Translations under genes and position numbers: made by a program
The notes under the pieces: model-generated
Databases searched by the model: none
The model's input: only the letters and a program-made list of their open reading frames with translations
What the model was told of the DNA's origin: nothing
Shown: in pieces, positions 21,041-29,998 of the stretch
How the letters are laid out: each line of letters starts with the position of its first letter
Numbering within the stretch: position 1 is the first letter of the stretch
Assembly: GCA_050952525.1 (NCBI GenBank)
Contig: JBMNLC010000001.1
Span: forward strand, 340,123-404,122
Reading direction: 5' to 3'
DNA length: 64,000 bases
DNA from: Clostridia bacterium
GTDB lineage: Bacteria; Bacillota; Clostridia; Christensenellales; JBMNLC01

Positions 21041-22473
21041 ATGACAGGGGATACTTTGCAAATTTTTATTGCTATGGTTTTATACGTGGCTGTAGTGATT
21101 CCCATCGGCGTGTATTATGCCAAGCGTGCCAGTGAAAGCAGCGAGAATTACATTATCGGAGGCAGATCCCTGGGACCGTGGGTGACGGCCATGGCCGCCG
21201 AAGCTTCTGATATGAGTGGATGGCTGCTGATGGGACTTCCGGGTGTCGCCTACTGGTTTGGCTTGAGTGATGCATTCTGGACATCGGTAGGTCTTTTGGT
21301 AGGTACATATTTGAATTGACCCTTGGTGGCTAAAAGAATTCGGAGGTATTCAGTGATAGCCGGAAATGCAATCACCATCCCTGACTTTTTGAGCAACAGG
21401 TTCAAGGAAGAAAAGAAGGTTATCGCTACAATCGCGGCTTTGTTTATTTTGATTTTCTTCAGTGTTTATGCGGCAAGCTGTTTTGTTACGGTTGGAAAGC
21501 TATTCAGCACATTATTCGGCATGGAGTATATATATATGATGATCGCAGGCGCTTTGTTTGTTATTGCGTATACATTTGTCGGCAGATTCTTAGCAGAGAG
21601 CGCCTCTGATTTTATGCAGGGTATCGTCATGTTCTTTGCCTTAGTTATGGTGCTGATAGCAGGGGTATCAGCCGCCGGCGGTGTTTCTGTTGTTGTTGAC
21701 AATGCCCGTCAAATACCCGGATTATTAGAGTTCTTTGGGATAGCCCAGCCGTTGCTTAACGATGGGGTCCAGGAGCTTGTGGCGGGAAAGCCTTTGTTCG
21801 GAGAAGCGGCTGAATATGGATTTTTAACCATTATTTCCACCTTATCTTGGGGGCTAGGTTATTTCGGTATGCCTCAGGTTCTGCTGAAATTCATGGCCAT
21901 CAGAAAAGCTGATGAGCTTGTCTTGTCCAGAAGGATTGCAACCGTTTGGTGTGTCATATCCCTGGCTGCAGCAGTATGCATTGGAATTATTGGCAGAGTG
22001 GTATTTCCCGATGCCTTGCTTACACAGAGTGCAGCTGAAAAAATCTTTATATTGACGTCAACGAATTATTTTGTTCCTATATTTGCCGGGGTTGTGATGG
22101 CCGGCATCCTTGCGGCTACCATTAGCTCGTCAGATTCATACCTTCAGATTCATACCTGTTGATTGCTGCATCTGCTTTTTCAAAAAGCATTTATCATGGC
22201 ATCCTGAAAAAGGATGCCACCGATAAAGAAGTTTTGTGGGCATCGAGACTTACATTAATTGCAATATCTATTATTGCAATGATCATCGCTTTGGATGGAA
22301 ACAGCATTATTTTCAAAGTCGTTTCCTTTGCATGGGCAGGCTTTGGGATTTACGAGTTGCTTCCGGCATTTGTCCTGTCCTGTATCGTCATTGTCATCGT
22401 TTCCTTGCTAACAAAAGAACCCTCCCAGGATGTATTGGATGAATTCGAGTTAGCGAAATCATATGAATTATAA
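21041..22473 (+). pseudogene. putP: Sodium/proline symporter, disrupted
   Basis: SDMSGWLLMGLPG and WGLGYFGMPQ motifs. In-frame TGA at 21317-21319; a 14-bp tandem duplication at 22130-22157 causes a frameshift; the C-terminus looks internally deleted. Confidence 0.85.
22130..22157 (+). repeat. Perfect 14-bp tandem duplication tcagattcatacct x2
   Basis: Read directly; removing one copy restores SSSDSYLLIAASAF. Confidence 0.9.
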
Positions 22474-22479
22474 TTTTAA

Positions 22480-22520
22480 TTAAAGATGCCGTATTCCCTG
22501 AAGGAATAAGGCATCTTTAA
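22480..22520. terminator. Hairpin downstream of putP
   Basis: ttaaagatgcc-gtattcc...ggaata-aggcatctttaa inverted repeat. Confidence 0.6.
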
Positions 22521-22654
22521 ATCCGGAGCACTATGAACGGATGTCTGATTGTAGTTCTTCATTATATTTGGGGATATATGGGTGATTAAGCTTTATATTA
22601 TTTTGGATAAGATTTCCTAACATAATAAAAGACAAAAGGGACACGATAATAACA

Positions 22655-23057
22655 ACGGGTGCGTAACGGTTGAGCCCAGACTCATATGTGCTCCACAGAT
22701 GGGGTATATATGGGTCGGCCAAAGATTGCATATGGGTCAGAAATGGTTCATATGCAGTCGGAGGGAAGATTCTATAGGGTGGGGAAAAGCTTTATTGCAG
22801 TCGTGTCCTTGGAAGTTCATGATTGTAATAGGGTTCCAACCTATTCTATAGGGTCGAGCTAAGATCATACAGGGTGCCGAAGGTTTTGTTTCTTTTATGG
22901 TTGTATGCAGTCGAGAGATTGCATACAGCTATGCAGGTATTCTGTATGGTCGAACGAACCATCATCATAGGTGACGAACTGCTTGGTCATGGTCGAAGGA
23001 TCATGGCTGGGTAATAAGTGATCTGTGGTGGTGCAAGGTAGATCGTTACGTGCTCGT
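22655..23057 (+). ncRNA. Candidate large structured RNA: nine G-U-rich 15-18 bp helices around a six-way junction
   Basis: Hand-verified pairings. The ends 22655-22671 and 23041-23057 pair with each other; almost all non-Watson-Crick pairs are G-U on the + strand; GAAA and GAGA tetraloops; no credible ORF. Confidence 0.8.
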
Positions 23058-23096
23058 CTCCATTTTTGGAACGAAATACTGTGAAGAGGAACGGGA

Positions 23097-23651
23097 ATGA
23101 ATTGCATTGAGCTTATGGTGGAAGAGCACAGGAACATCAAGAGAATGCTGGTGGTGATCCGGAAGTATTGCTACAGGATCCTGCAGGATGAAAGAATTGA
23201 ATTTGAGGATTTTTATAAAATAATCGATTTCTTACGAAATTACACCGATGAACACCATCATGGGAAAGAGGAAAGCATGCTGTTTAACAGGATGCTGAAT
23301 GAACTGGGGCCCATTGCCGAGAAATTAATTACCCATGGCATGCTTGTTGAGCATAACCTGGCAAGACTGCACATACAGGAGCTGGAGGACGCTCTAAAGC
23401 GTGTTCGAGAAGGGGATGATGAAGCCAGATTGGATGTCATCGCCAATGCCATTTCCTATACCCATTTACTCAAGAGGCATATTCAGAAGGAAGACGATGC
23501 TATGTATACATACGCTTCCCAGCGGCTGAACAAGGAAACCTTGGATGCCTTGAATCAGGAATGTAAGGAATATGAGGAAGACAGTACAAGAAGAGCCTTA
23601 AGGGGGGAATACCTAAGCCTTCTACGGGAATTGGAAAGAAAAGTGGAATAG
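23097..23651 (+). CDS. Hemerythrin/HHE cation-binding domain protein
   Basis: EH, HHGKEE, EH and HIQKED iron-ligand motifs. Confidence 0.88.
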   Translation: MNCIELMVEEHRNIKRMLVVIRKYCYRILQDERIEFEDFYKIIDFLRNYTDEHHHGKEESMLFNRMLNELGPIAEKLITHGMLVEHNLARLHIQELEDALKRVREGDDEARLDVIANAISYTHLLKRHIQKEDDAMYTYASQRLNKETLDALNQECKEYEEDSTRRALRGEYLSLLRELERKVE

Positions 23652-23714
23652 AATCTGAAAATGATAAAGCAGCTAGGCTGCTTTTTTATGCTTCATTCGG
23701 ATATATTCCTATGA

Positions 23715-23740
23715 ACACTTTTTTATATACGGCATAGTAT
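23715..23740 (+). promoter_or_regulatory. SigmaK-like promoter
   Basis: AC-N16-CATAGTAT upstream of the gene at 23781. Confidence 0.5.
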
Positions 23741-23780
23741 GGTAGTGAGACCAATCCCATAGAACAAGGGAGGTGATACG

Positions 23781-23969
23781 GTGGGATACGGATTTGGATC
23801 AAATAATAGAACTGAGTTATTATTCTTCTTTCTGTTGCTGGTGATTCTGTTTATACCTTATGGAAAGTCATGCGATGACGGCACAGAGTTGCTGTTCTTC
23901 TTCCTGTTATTAGTTATCCTGTTTATGCCATATGATACCAAGAGGTGCTTTGGTGTTAGAAAGGAATAG
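23781..23969 (+). CDS. Small hydrophobic duplicated-motif protein (probable sporulation protein)
   Basis: GGGAGGT RBS; two copies of TELLFFFLLLVILFxPY. Confidence 0.7.
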   Translation: MGYGFGSNNRTELLFFFLLLVILFIPYGKSCDDGTELLFFFLLLVILFMPYDTKRCFGVRKE

Positions 23970-24021
23970 GGAAATACGGTAGTCGAAATGTAATTCTATC
24001 ATGATAGAGAAGCGAAAAGTA

Positions 24022-24068
24022 AAGTGCATCTCCGATAATTGATACTTGAATATTCGGGGGTGCACTTT
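24022..24068 (+). terminator. Intrinsic terminator
   Basis: aaagtgcatctccga...tcgggggtgcactttt hairpin. Confidence 0.6.
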
Positions 24069-24161
24069 TGTTGCCTAAATTCATACTTAAGGTGAATAGG
24101 GGAAAAATATCATGTCTAAAGGAAGAAAAGGTGGTCTGAGACCACCTTTTTCGCTAGAGGC

Positions 24162-24557
24162 TTATACGGCATTGTGAACGAAGGACACAATTCTGTCAAT
24201 TGGGATGTCAGTTACAGATCCAACTGTACTGACGGGGTAGCCGTTCCATCCACCGGCATAGATTGCGCCGACATATCCGGCAGGACTGTAATAGCCATAG
24301 CCGGATCCGCAACCACCTCTGTACATTTCATTCCCTACCTGGAATCCTGAACACGCATTGCCCAATGAGCATCCGGGAGGGGGGCCAATACGGGTTAAAA
24401 GGCGCACAAAGCAGTCGTTTACACTAAGAACGACTCCGGTGAAACCCGATCCAGACTGTCCACCGCTGGTGGTAAATATGGTAACGGTTTCACCGATATA
24501 GTCAGCAATTAAGGCAGCGAAGTTTTTGCCTCCATGGAATAGGGCTGCATCAGCCAT
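24162..24557 (-). CDS. Gly/Tyr/Cys-rich putative spore coat protein (paralog 1)
   Basis: GGAGGA RBS; near-identical core to 26036-26440; sigmaK-like promoter upstream. Confidence 0.75.
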   Translation of the reverse strand: MADAALFHGGKNFAALIADYIGETVTIFTTSGGQSGSGFTGVVLSVNDCFVRLLTRIGPPPGCSLGNACSGFQVGNEMYRGGCGSGYGYYSPAGYVGAIYAGGWNGYPVSTVGSVTDIPIDRIVSFVHNAV

Positions 24558-24610
24558 ATTTTTTCCTCCTTCCTCTATAGGGGATATTGGAGTTCATTTA
24601 CTCCTAGTTT

Positions 24611-24636
24611 ATCATATGATATATGAGCAAATATGT
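24611..24636 (-). promoter_or_regulatory. SigmaK-like promoter
   Basis: AC-N16-CATATGAT on the minus strand. Confidence 0.6.
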
Positions 24637-24804
24637 GATGATACATATATAATTTTCTATGAAAGGATCGATGCCCTGAAAAATCAGCCTTTCAGCTTCA
24701 GACCGGCAGCCCTGACAGGCTTAGCTTGACATTGTCAGGAAAGCTATCTAAAATAAACCTAAATAACCATCAGATAAATGTGTGAACGGAGGAAGGTATA
24801 GGAA

Positions 24805-25383
24805 ATGGCAGAATTTAAACCTACTCGCCAACAGGCCTTTGACCTGCTGAAGAGATACAATCAGAGCGAGAATTTAATACGCCATGCTCTGACCGTAGAG
24901 GCTGTGATGGAACATTTTGCAGATTTGCTGGGAGAAGATACGGAAAAATGGGGAATTATCGGTTTAATCCACGATTTAGATTACGAAATGTATCCGGAGG
25001 AACACTGTAAAAAAACGAGAGAAATTCTGACGGAGCAGAATTGGCCAGAAGATTATATCTATGCCGTAGAAAGCCATGGCTGGAAGATATGCACGGATGT
25101 CGAGCCTACGGAAAAGATGGAACAGGTCCTTTATACCATTGATGAATTGACGGGCTTAATTGCCGCAACAGCTCTTATGCGACCCAGCAAAAGCATTATG
25201 GATCTCCAAGTAAAATCTGTAAAGAAGAAATGGAAACAAAAAAGCTTTGCAGCAGGAGTAAACCGGGAAGTCATCGAAGAAGGAGCCCAAATGCTCGGCA
25301 TGGATCTGGATAGGGTGATTGCCGAAACCATTAAGGGAATGCAAAAGGTGGCGGAGGAAATCGGATTAAAAGGTAATGTGTGA
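24805..25383 (+). CDS. HD/HDIG-domain metal-dependent hydrolase
   Basis: H...GLIHDLD, H, SH and DELTGLI motifs; TTGACA-17-TAAAAT promoter upstream. Confidence 0.85.
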   Translation: MAEFKPTRQQAFDLLKRYNQSENLIRHALTVEAVMEHFADLLGEDTEKWGIIGLIHDLDYEMYPEEHCKKTREILTEQNWPEDYIYAVESHGWKICTDVEPTEKMEQVLYTIDELTGLIAATALMRPSKSIMDLQVKSVKKKWKQKSFAAGVNREVIEEGAQMLGMDLDRVIAETIKGMQKVAEEIGLKGNV

Positions 25384-25436
25384 TATCATCATTTAGAAAC
25401 AGGATTCCAAGACCCGGATCGGTCGAGGAATCCTGT

Positions 25437-25805
25437 TTACTTTATAAGGGTTAATTCTAAACGGATTTTGTCATAAGGTTCAGCGGTATTTGCCTTGGAA
25501 GGGGAAAACACGTAGAGGTCAAAAAGAGTCGTTTCTGAATCCTTTTTATTCGTATCTTCATTGGAAATGACATCATAACCGATAATATCGTGAAAGCGGT
25601 AAGTATGCAGCCTGCCTCTGTCGTCAAGATAATTGAAATCCAATCTTGCAATTTTAGAATCTGCCGGACCTGTCCAAAAAGGTTTGAAACCGATCCCGAC
25701 AATTCTTCCTGTGATATTTTGATCAGCTATGCGTATTCTGCATCCTTGTCTGACCATTTCTGCAAGGGTAAATTTAAAAGCTTCGATTTTCATTGAAGGA
25801 ATCAT
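25437..25805 (-). CDS. Hypothetical protein
   Basis: 122-aa ORF with a GAGGAGG RBS, converging on a terminator hairpin at ~25399-25437. Confidence 0.65.
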   Translation of the reverse strand: MIPSMKIEAFKFTLAEMVRQGCRIRIADQNITGRIVGIGFKPFWTGPADSKIARLDFNYLDDRGRLHTYRFHDIIGYDVISNEDTNKKDSETTLFDLYVFSPSKANTAEPYDKIRLELTLIK

Positions 25806-26035
25806 TGGAATAACCTCCTCTTTTCCTGATGAAACATTCTATGCAGTCTCTTTCTTAGGATATTCAGCATGATATTGTTGTGGATCATATGCAGAAGACA
25901 TAGTTTGCTATATATTATGAGCTATGCCTTCCGGATGTGACAAGAGATTTATCTTCCGTAAAGATAAGATGAAAAACTGGGAGCGCCAGTCAGTATTGGA
26001 TTCACTGGCACTCCCATTTCGTTTTTTGTATTTCA

Positions 26036-26440
26036 TTAGACAGCGTTATGAACAAAAGATACGATGTTTGCGATGGGGATGTCGGCAACAGAACCTAAGG
26101 TATAAACAGGATATCCATCCCAACCACCGGCTGTACCAGCACCTAGTTCTCCACCGCCGTAAATTGGTCCATAACCGGCACCCATGCCATAGTCTCCCTT
26201 GCCCCAATCACCGTAGCCGTGGCTTGGACGAAAACCTGTGCAGGCATTACCAAGAGAGCATCCTGGAGGGGGACCAATCCGAGTAATCAAACGAACGAAA
26301 ACAGGATTTACAGACAGAATAACTCCCGTAAAACCTGATCCTGATTGGCCGCCACTGGTAGTGAAAATGGTTACGGTTTCTCCTACATACTTTGAAAGCA
26401 AGTCAGCGAAATTTCCACCGCTAAAGATACCATTGGACAT
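26036..26440 (-). CDS. Gly/Tyr-rich putative spore coat protein (paralog 2)
   Basis: GETVTIFTTSGGQSGSGFTGV...GPPPGCSLGNAC...SFVHNAV shared with 24162-24557. Confidence 0.75.
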   Translation of the reverse strand: MSNGIFSGGNFADLLSKYVGETVTIFTTSGGQSGSGFTGVILSVNPVFVRLITRIGPPPGCSLGNACTGFRPSHGYGDWGKGDYGMGAGYGPIYGGGELGAGTAGGWDGYPVYTLGSVADIPIANIVSFVHNAV

Positions 26441-26489
26441 ACTTTTCTCTCCTTTCCATATGGGATATAAGAAGGATTAGGTCTATTAC

Positions 26490-26515
26490 ATCATATGCAA
26501 TATCGAATAATATGT
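26490..26515 (-). promoter_or_regulatory. SigmaK-like promoter
   Basis: AC-N16-CATATGAT. Confidence 0.6.
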
Positions 26516-29162
26516 TCTTCGAACTTATACATCGGTATATCTTGGGTAGACTACCCATTTCTGCTGTAAAGCCCTGTTACGGAGGGCTATTGGGATATTT
26601 CCCGGGGTGCACTGCAATAGCATCATATGTAGCTCAGAGAAGGGATGTTCCTCAGAGATAGCCCTTTGGAACCAAAACATGGATGGTATCTATGGAAATA
26701 TAAAGATCAACAGGGATGAGATATGCAAGTGAAATACACGCAGCAGATGATGAACACGGGAGGAAAGCTAGCGGAATATCGATGCATAATACTGGCACAT
26801 CCAATATTTAAGGGCAAGAATCATGCCTTAGAGCATCATAGGAGAGTTATCATGTATCGAGGTGGTGGAACCCTCTGTGCAGTTTGGAGCAGGCTTGTCC
26901 ACGGAAAAGCAGGAGGACCATGCGAAGTAAGGGTCAAGACTGTCTGCATAAGGAAATGTTCGAGAAATTTTTTTACGGCTCCTGAACGATAAGTGAAACT
27001 GCATCCACAGACAAGACCACCTGGGCTTGGACCCTAGCCACAGGCTAGCTGGTCCCACCCAGACAAGTTGCGCTTTGAAAACTGAAGCATCAGGGACAGT
27101 ACTATCCAGCTGCTGTATGCTTTGCTGCAAGCCTTTGAGCGTGTTCCTGGGGGCTGCGTCACTGGATGACAGGTATCCTATCCCTTCGCACAGCAGAGCT
27201 GGTACAAATCGGGTAAGCTGTGCGCATCCAACCCAGCGCCGCAAAGCGACTATCGGAGGCCTGCTCCTGAGCATTAACTGTTGGGAGAACGCCAGCAGTC
27301 ACAGGGTTGCGACAGCTGTCTTACTGCCCTGCGAGGCACGCGATATTCGCTTCAGTACGCAATTAGTGAAAAGCACCCTGCGAGGCAGCCTTGAACCTCT
27401 CTTAGATCATCTCGCCCCGTGTGCCGGGAGAAAGCTCTGCCGGTACTGCATGCCACAGGGGTCAACGTATTCCCAACTGGGTCAGTGTACCAGCTATGCC
27501 TGAAAAAGCTTTTTCATTAGCTGCAGGAAAAGCCTCTCTCAATCTCCGCAAGAATAGTCGCAGCATGTAGAGCATGGCCAATACCTGGCAGGCTCTGCAG
27601 AAGATCAAGCGTCCATGCCGGCATGGGCATATCCTTCGCCATAGCCTGTCCAGCAGATCAGAAAGACGAAAGGTGGACTGAAGGACTCGGGCTCCAGGCC
27701 ACCTTGCCGAAGGCTGTATGATCCCATGGGGATGGGGGGAGACGCCCAGCATAATAACATTTGAGACATTACGAGTGCTCAGAGTGTTGCAGGAGCTCGT
27801 GGCCTTGGTACGCACCATGCACAAGCCCATACTGAATGGCCCTTGAGCCAGCTGAGTCGCTGTTTGCGGGATATCGTCTGAATCAGTGAAAGCGGCGTGA
27901 TGCGCTGTCAGCCTGAAGAAGATGGGCAGGAGTAAAGGCCTACTCCTCCATGGACAGCCATATGCAGGCCAATGAAGAGATGGATATTGGAGAAGACATC
28001 CGTGAAGCTAAGCAGGGGGGTTGGTCAACAATACCGGTAAGCCTGGCATTATGTAGCCGGCAATGCGCAGCCCTCAGTTTGTAGGACTGGCGAAGCATAG
28101 TGCTCCGTAGGAACAGCTCAATCTCCAATACAATTGATGAAGCCCGATGAAATGGTGGACATAAGTGCCTGACAAACTATAGAGTAGGGCAATTTATCCG
28201 GGCATCCACTCTAAACCACTATTTTACACCTCCAGCTGAGAGGCCAAGAAAGTATGATGGAGGATGCAGATTGGATCGGCGAGTTAGTTTACCGAAACCT
28301 TCATAAGCCAGGCTTTACAAAGTGAGGGGAGGAGCGATATGTTCCCGCCAGCTCGCCCAAGGTAAAAGGATTCCCCTATGTCCATATGAAAGGCCTTCCA
28401 CCACCATCCATTTAGTGTACTGCGGTATTTCTGTGGAGACATCACTCATGTCCAGGCCTCTTGTCAACAGGCCCGGTATTCGCGAGAGTGCAGGGTGAAT
28501 CGTCATGCGGGCAACCACTTCAATGGTAGGATGAAAGAATCGCCAGTTTGCCACTGAAGAACTGTGTACCCGCATCAATTCCTGCAATCGGTCTGAGAGG
28601 CAGGAGAATGCCACCTATGTAAGATTGGGTGGACTGGTGGAAGCCTCCATGGCCGTCCCATGGAAGCAAAGGCAACCTTGCATGTGACACGAGGAACTGC
28701 AGCCAGAAGGTAAGCTATTGGCCTCAGCTCAGCCAAACCAGGACAGACTCTGCCGGAATGGGAGTACATCCTCGATCTTCCGGCGTAATCGGCCCGCTCA
28801 GGTCCGTCCCAGGAGGTGAGACACTCACCTTCCAAGTCCAGGAGGATATCATGCATGCTTGGCAAGGATGTCAGGCCAATCAGGTGCCTAGGCAGCATGG
28901 CTAAGAGGTGCAGCCGGAAGATGATGCATTGGCATGCATTGGAATATACGAATGCAGTGATGGAAGTCCTACGAGAACGGCGGAGCTCTGGTAATGGGCC
29001 GAATCCAGTGCCGCCTCTCCATGGACACTCCTTTGACGATGCAATAATAATCTGCCTGGACATAGCGGCCGGCCCTTTGGGCACACCTACCCGAAGGGCC
29101 TTGTTATGGTATATATGGGACGGTGCAGCGGGAGCACAGTTTAATACGAAAGGAAAATTGAA

Positions 29163-29357
29163 ATGGCACGTATTCTCTACTCCATGGGGATACTCGCATG
29201 CGGATGGGTCCTTTATGGGAATATAAAACTAATGAGCAGTGATCAGGCAAAGGAATACCTGAAAAAAGAAACCGGAAAAAGGAAGCTGCTGATTTGGATG
29301 AATGTGATGCTGGCTGCTTCCATCTTCTTTCTTCTGTACTTGCTGATCAGTTTGTGA
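29163..29357 (+). CDS. Small membrane protein (possibly a remnant)
   Basis: 64 aa with two hydrophobic segments, an AAAGGA RBS and a following terminator. Confidence 0.4.
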   Translation: MARILYSMGILACGWVLYGNIKLMSSDQAKEYLKKETGKRKLLIWMNVMLAASIFFLLYLLISL

Positions 29358-29423
29358 GAAAAGAAAGAAAAAGACTTCCCCCTGGCAATAGCAGTTGGAT
29401 TGCTTTGCGAGGGGGGAGTTTTT

Positions 29424-29900
29424 TTATATAAAAAGCTGGATATCGGATTGTAGGGCATCCTCCAGATATTTGGTGGCTTCAATCACCTCAAGCTCCGGGA
29501 TCATTTCTTCCTCCTTTATTCCCATTATTTCCATGGAGAGCTTGCAAGCATAAAACTTGATACCGTTTTTTCGAGCTTCTTCCAGCAATTCAATGAGCCT
29601 CGGAGCATTTTTATCTTTCATCATCTTCAAGAGCATCATTTTTCCAAGACCGGTCATGTTCATTTTTGAGAGGGGCAGTTCTTCGGGGCCCTTAGGGGTT
29701 ACCACACCGAACATTTGCTCAAAGGCTGTTTTATCTTCTGTTGTTAGTTTCTCGGGATCCCTGAGGAGGAGTAGCCCCCAAAAGGCGAAAAAGATGGTTA
29801 CATCCATATTCATGTCCTTGGCTGTAGTAGCCAATATAAGGGCTGCAAGAGCTTTATCGTATTCACCGCTGAAAAGCAGCAGATTCATCTTCTTATTCAA
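29424..29900 (-). CDS. DsrE/DsrF/DrsH-like (DsrE2) sulfur-carrier/peroxiredoxin family protein
   Basis: LFSGEYDKA, FFAFWGL, LPLSKMN and FYACKLSM motifs; AAGGAGG RBS. Confidence 0.82.
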   Translation of the reverse strand: MNKKMNLLLFSGEYDKALAALILATTAKDMNMDVTIFFAFWGLLLLRDPEKLTTEDKTAFEQMFGVVTPKGPEELPLSKMNMTGLGKMMLLKMMKDKNAPRLIELLEEARKNGIKFYACKLSMEIMGIKEEEMIPELEVIEATKYLEDALQSDIQLFI

Positions 29901-29998
29901 ACCATTCTGCCTCCTTGTCCTGAACAACTGAATATACAGATCGCCCTTATTCTTTCCAGAATGGTGTCATTTATACTCGTTCCCTTTTAGACATGCAT

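Noticed and set aside
7436-21319. In-frame stops as evidence of genetic-code reassignment, selenocysteine or pyrrolysine
   Set aside because: All three stop types occur (TAG 7436, TAA 8187, TGA 21317), alongside frameshifts in the same loci, and intact genes end normally in all three.
22655-23057. CRISPR array or integron attC array
   Set aside because: There are no identical direct repeats with unique spacers, no cas or integrase gene, and no cassette ORFs; the pairing is nested and closed by the element's own ends.
22895-23140. 81-aa minus-strand ORF (and 22531-22731)
   Set aside because: No RBS or recognisable motif; it overlaps the structured element and the hemerythrin start.
26544-26670. 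Cluster of short hairpins (gggtag-a-ctaccc; agccct...agggct)
   Set aside because: Stems of 6 bp or less are expected by chance, and no coherent fold was found.
26723-29226. ORFs of 60-170 aa in the gene-poor region
   Set aside because: They overlap one another, have Cys/Arg/Ser-rich non-coding-like composition, and lack RBS or motifs.
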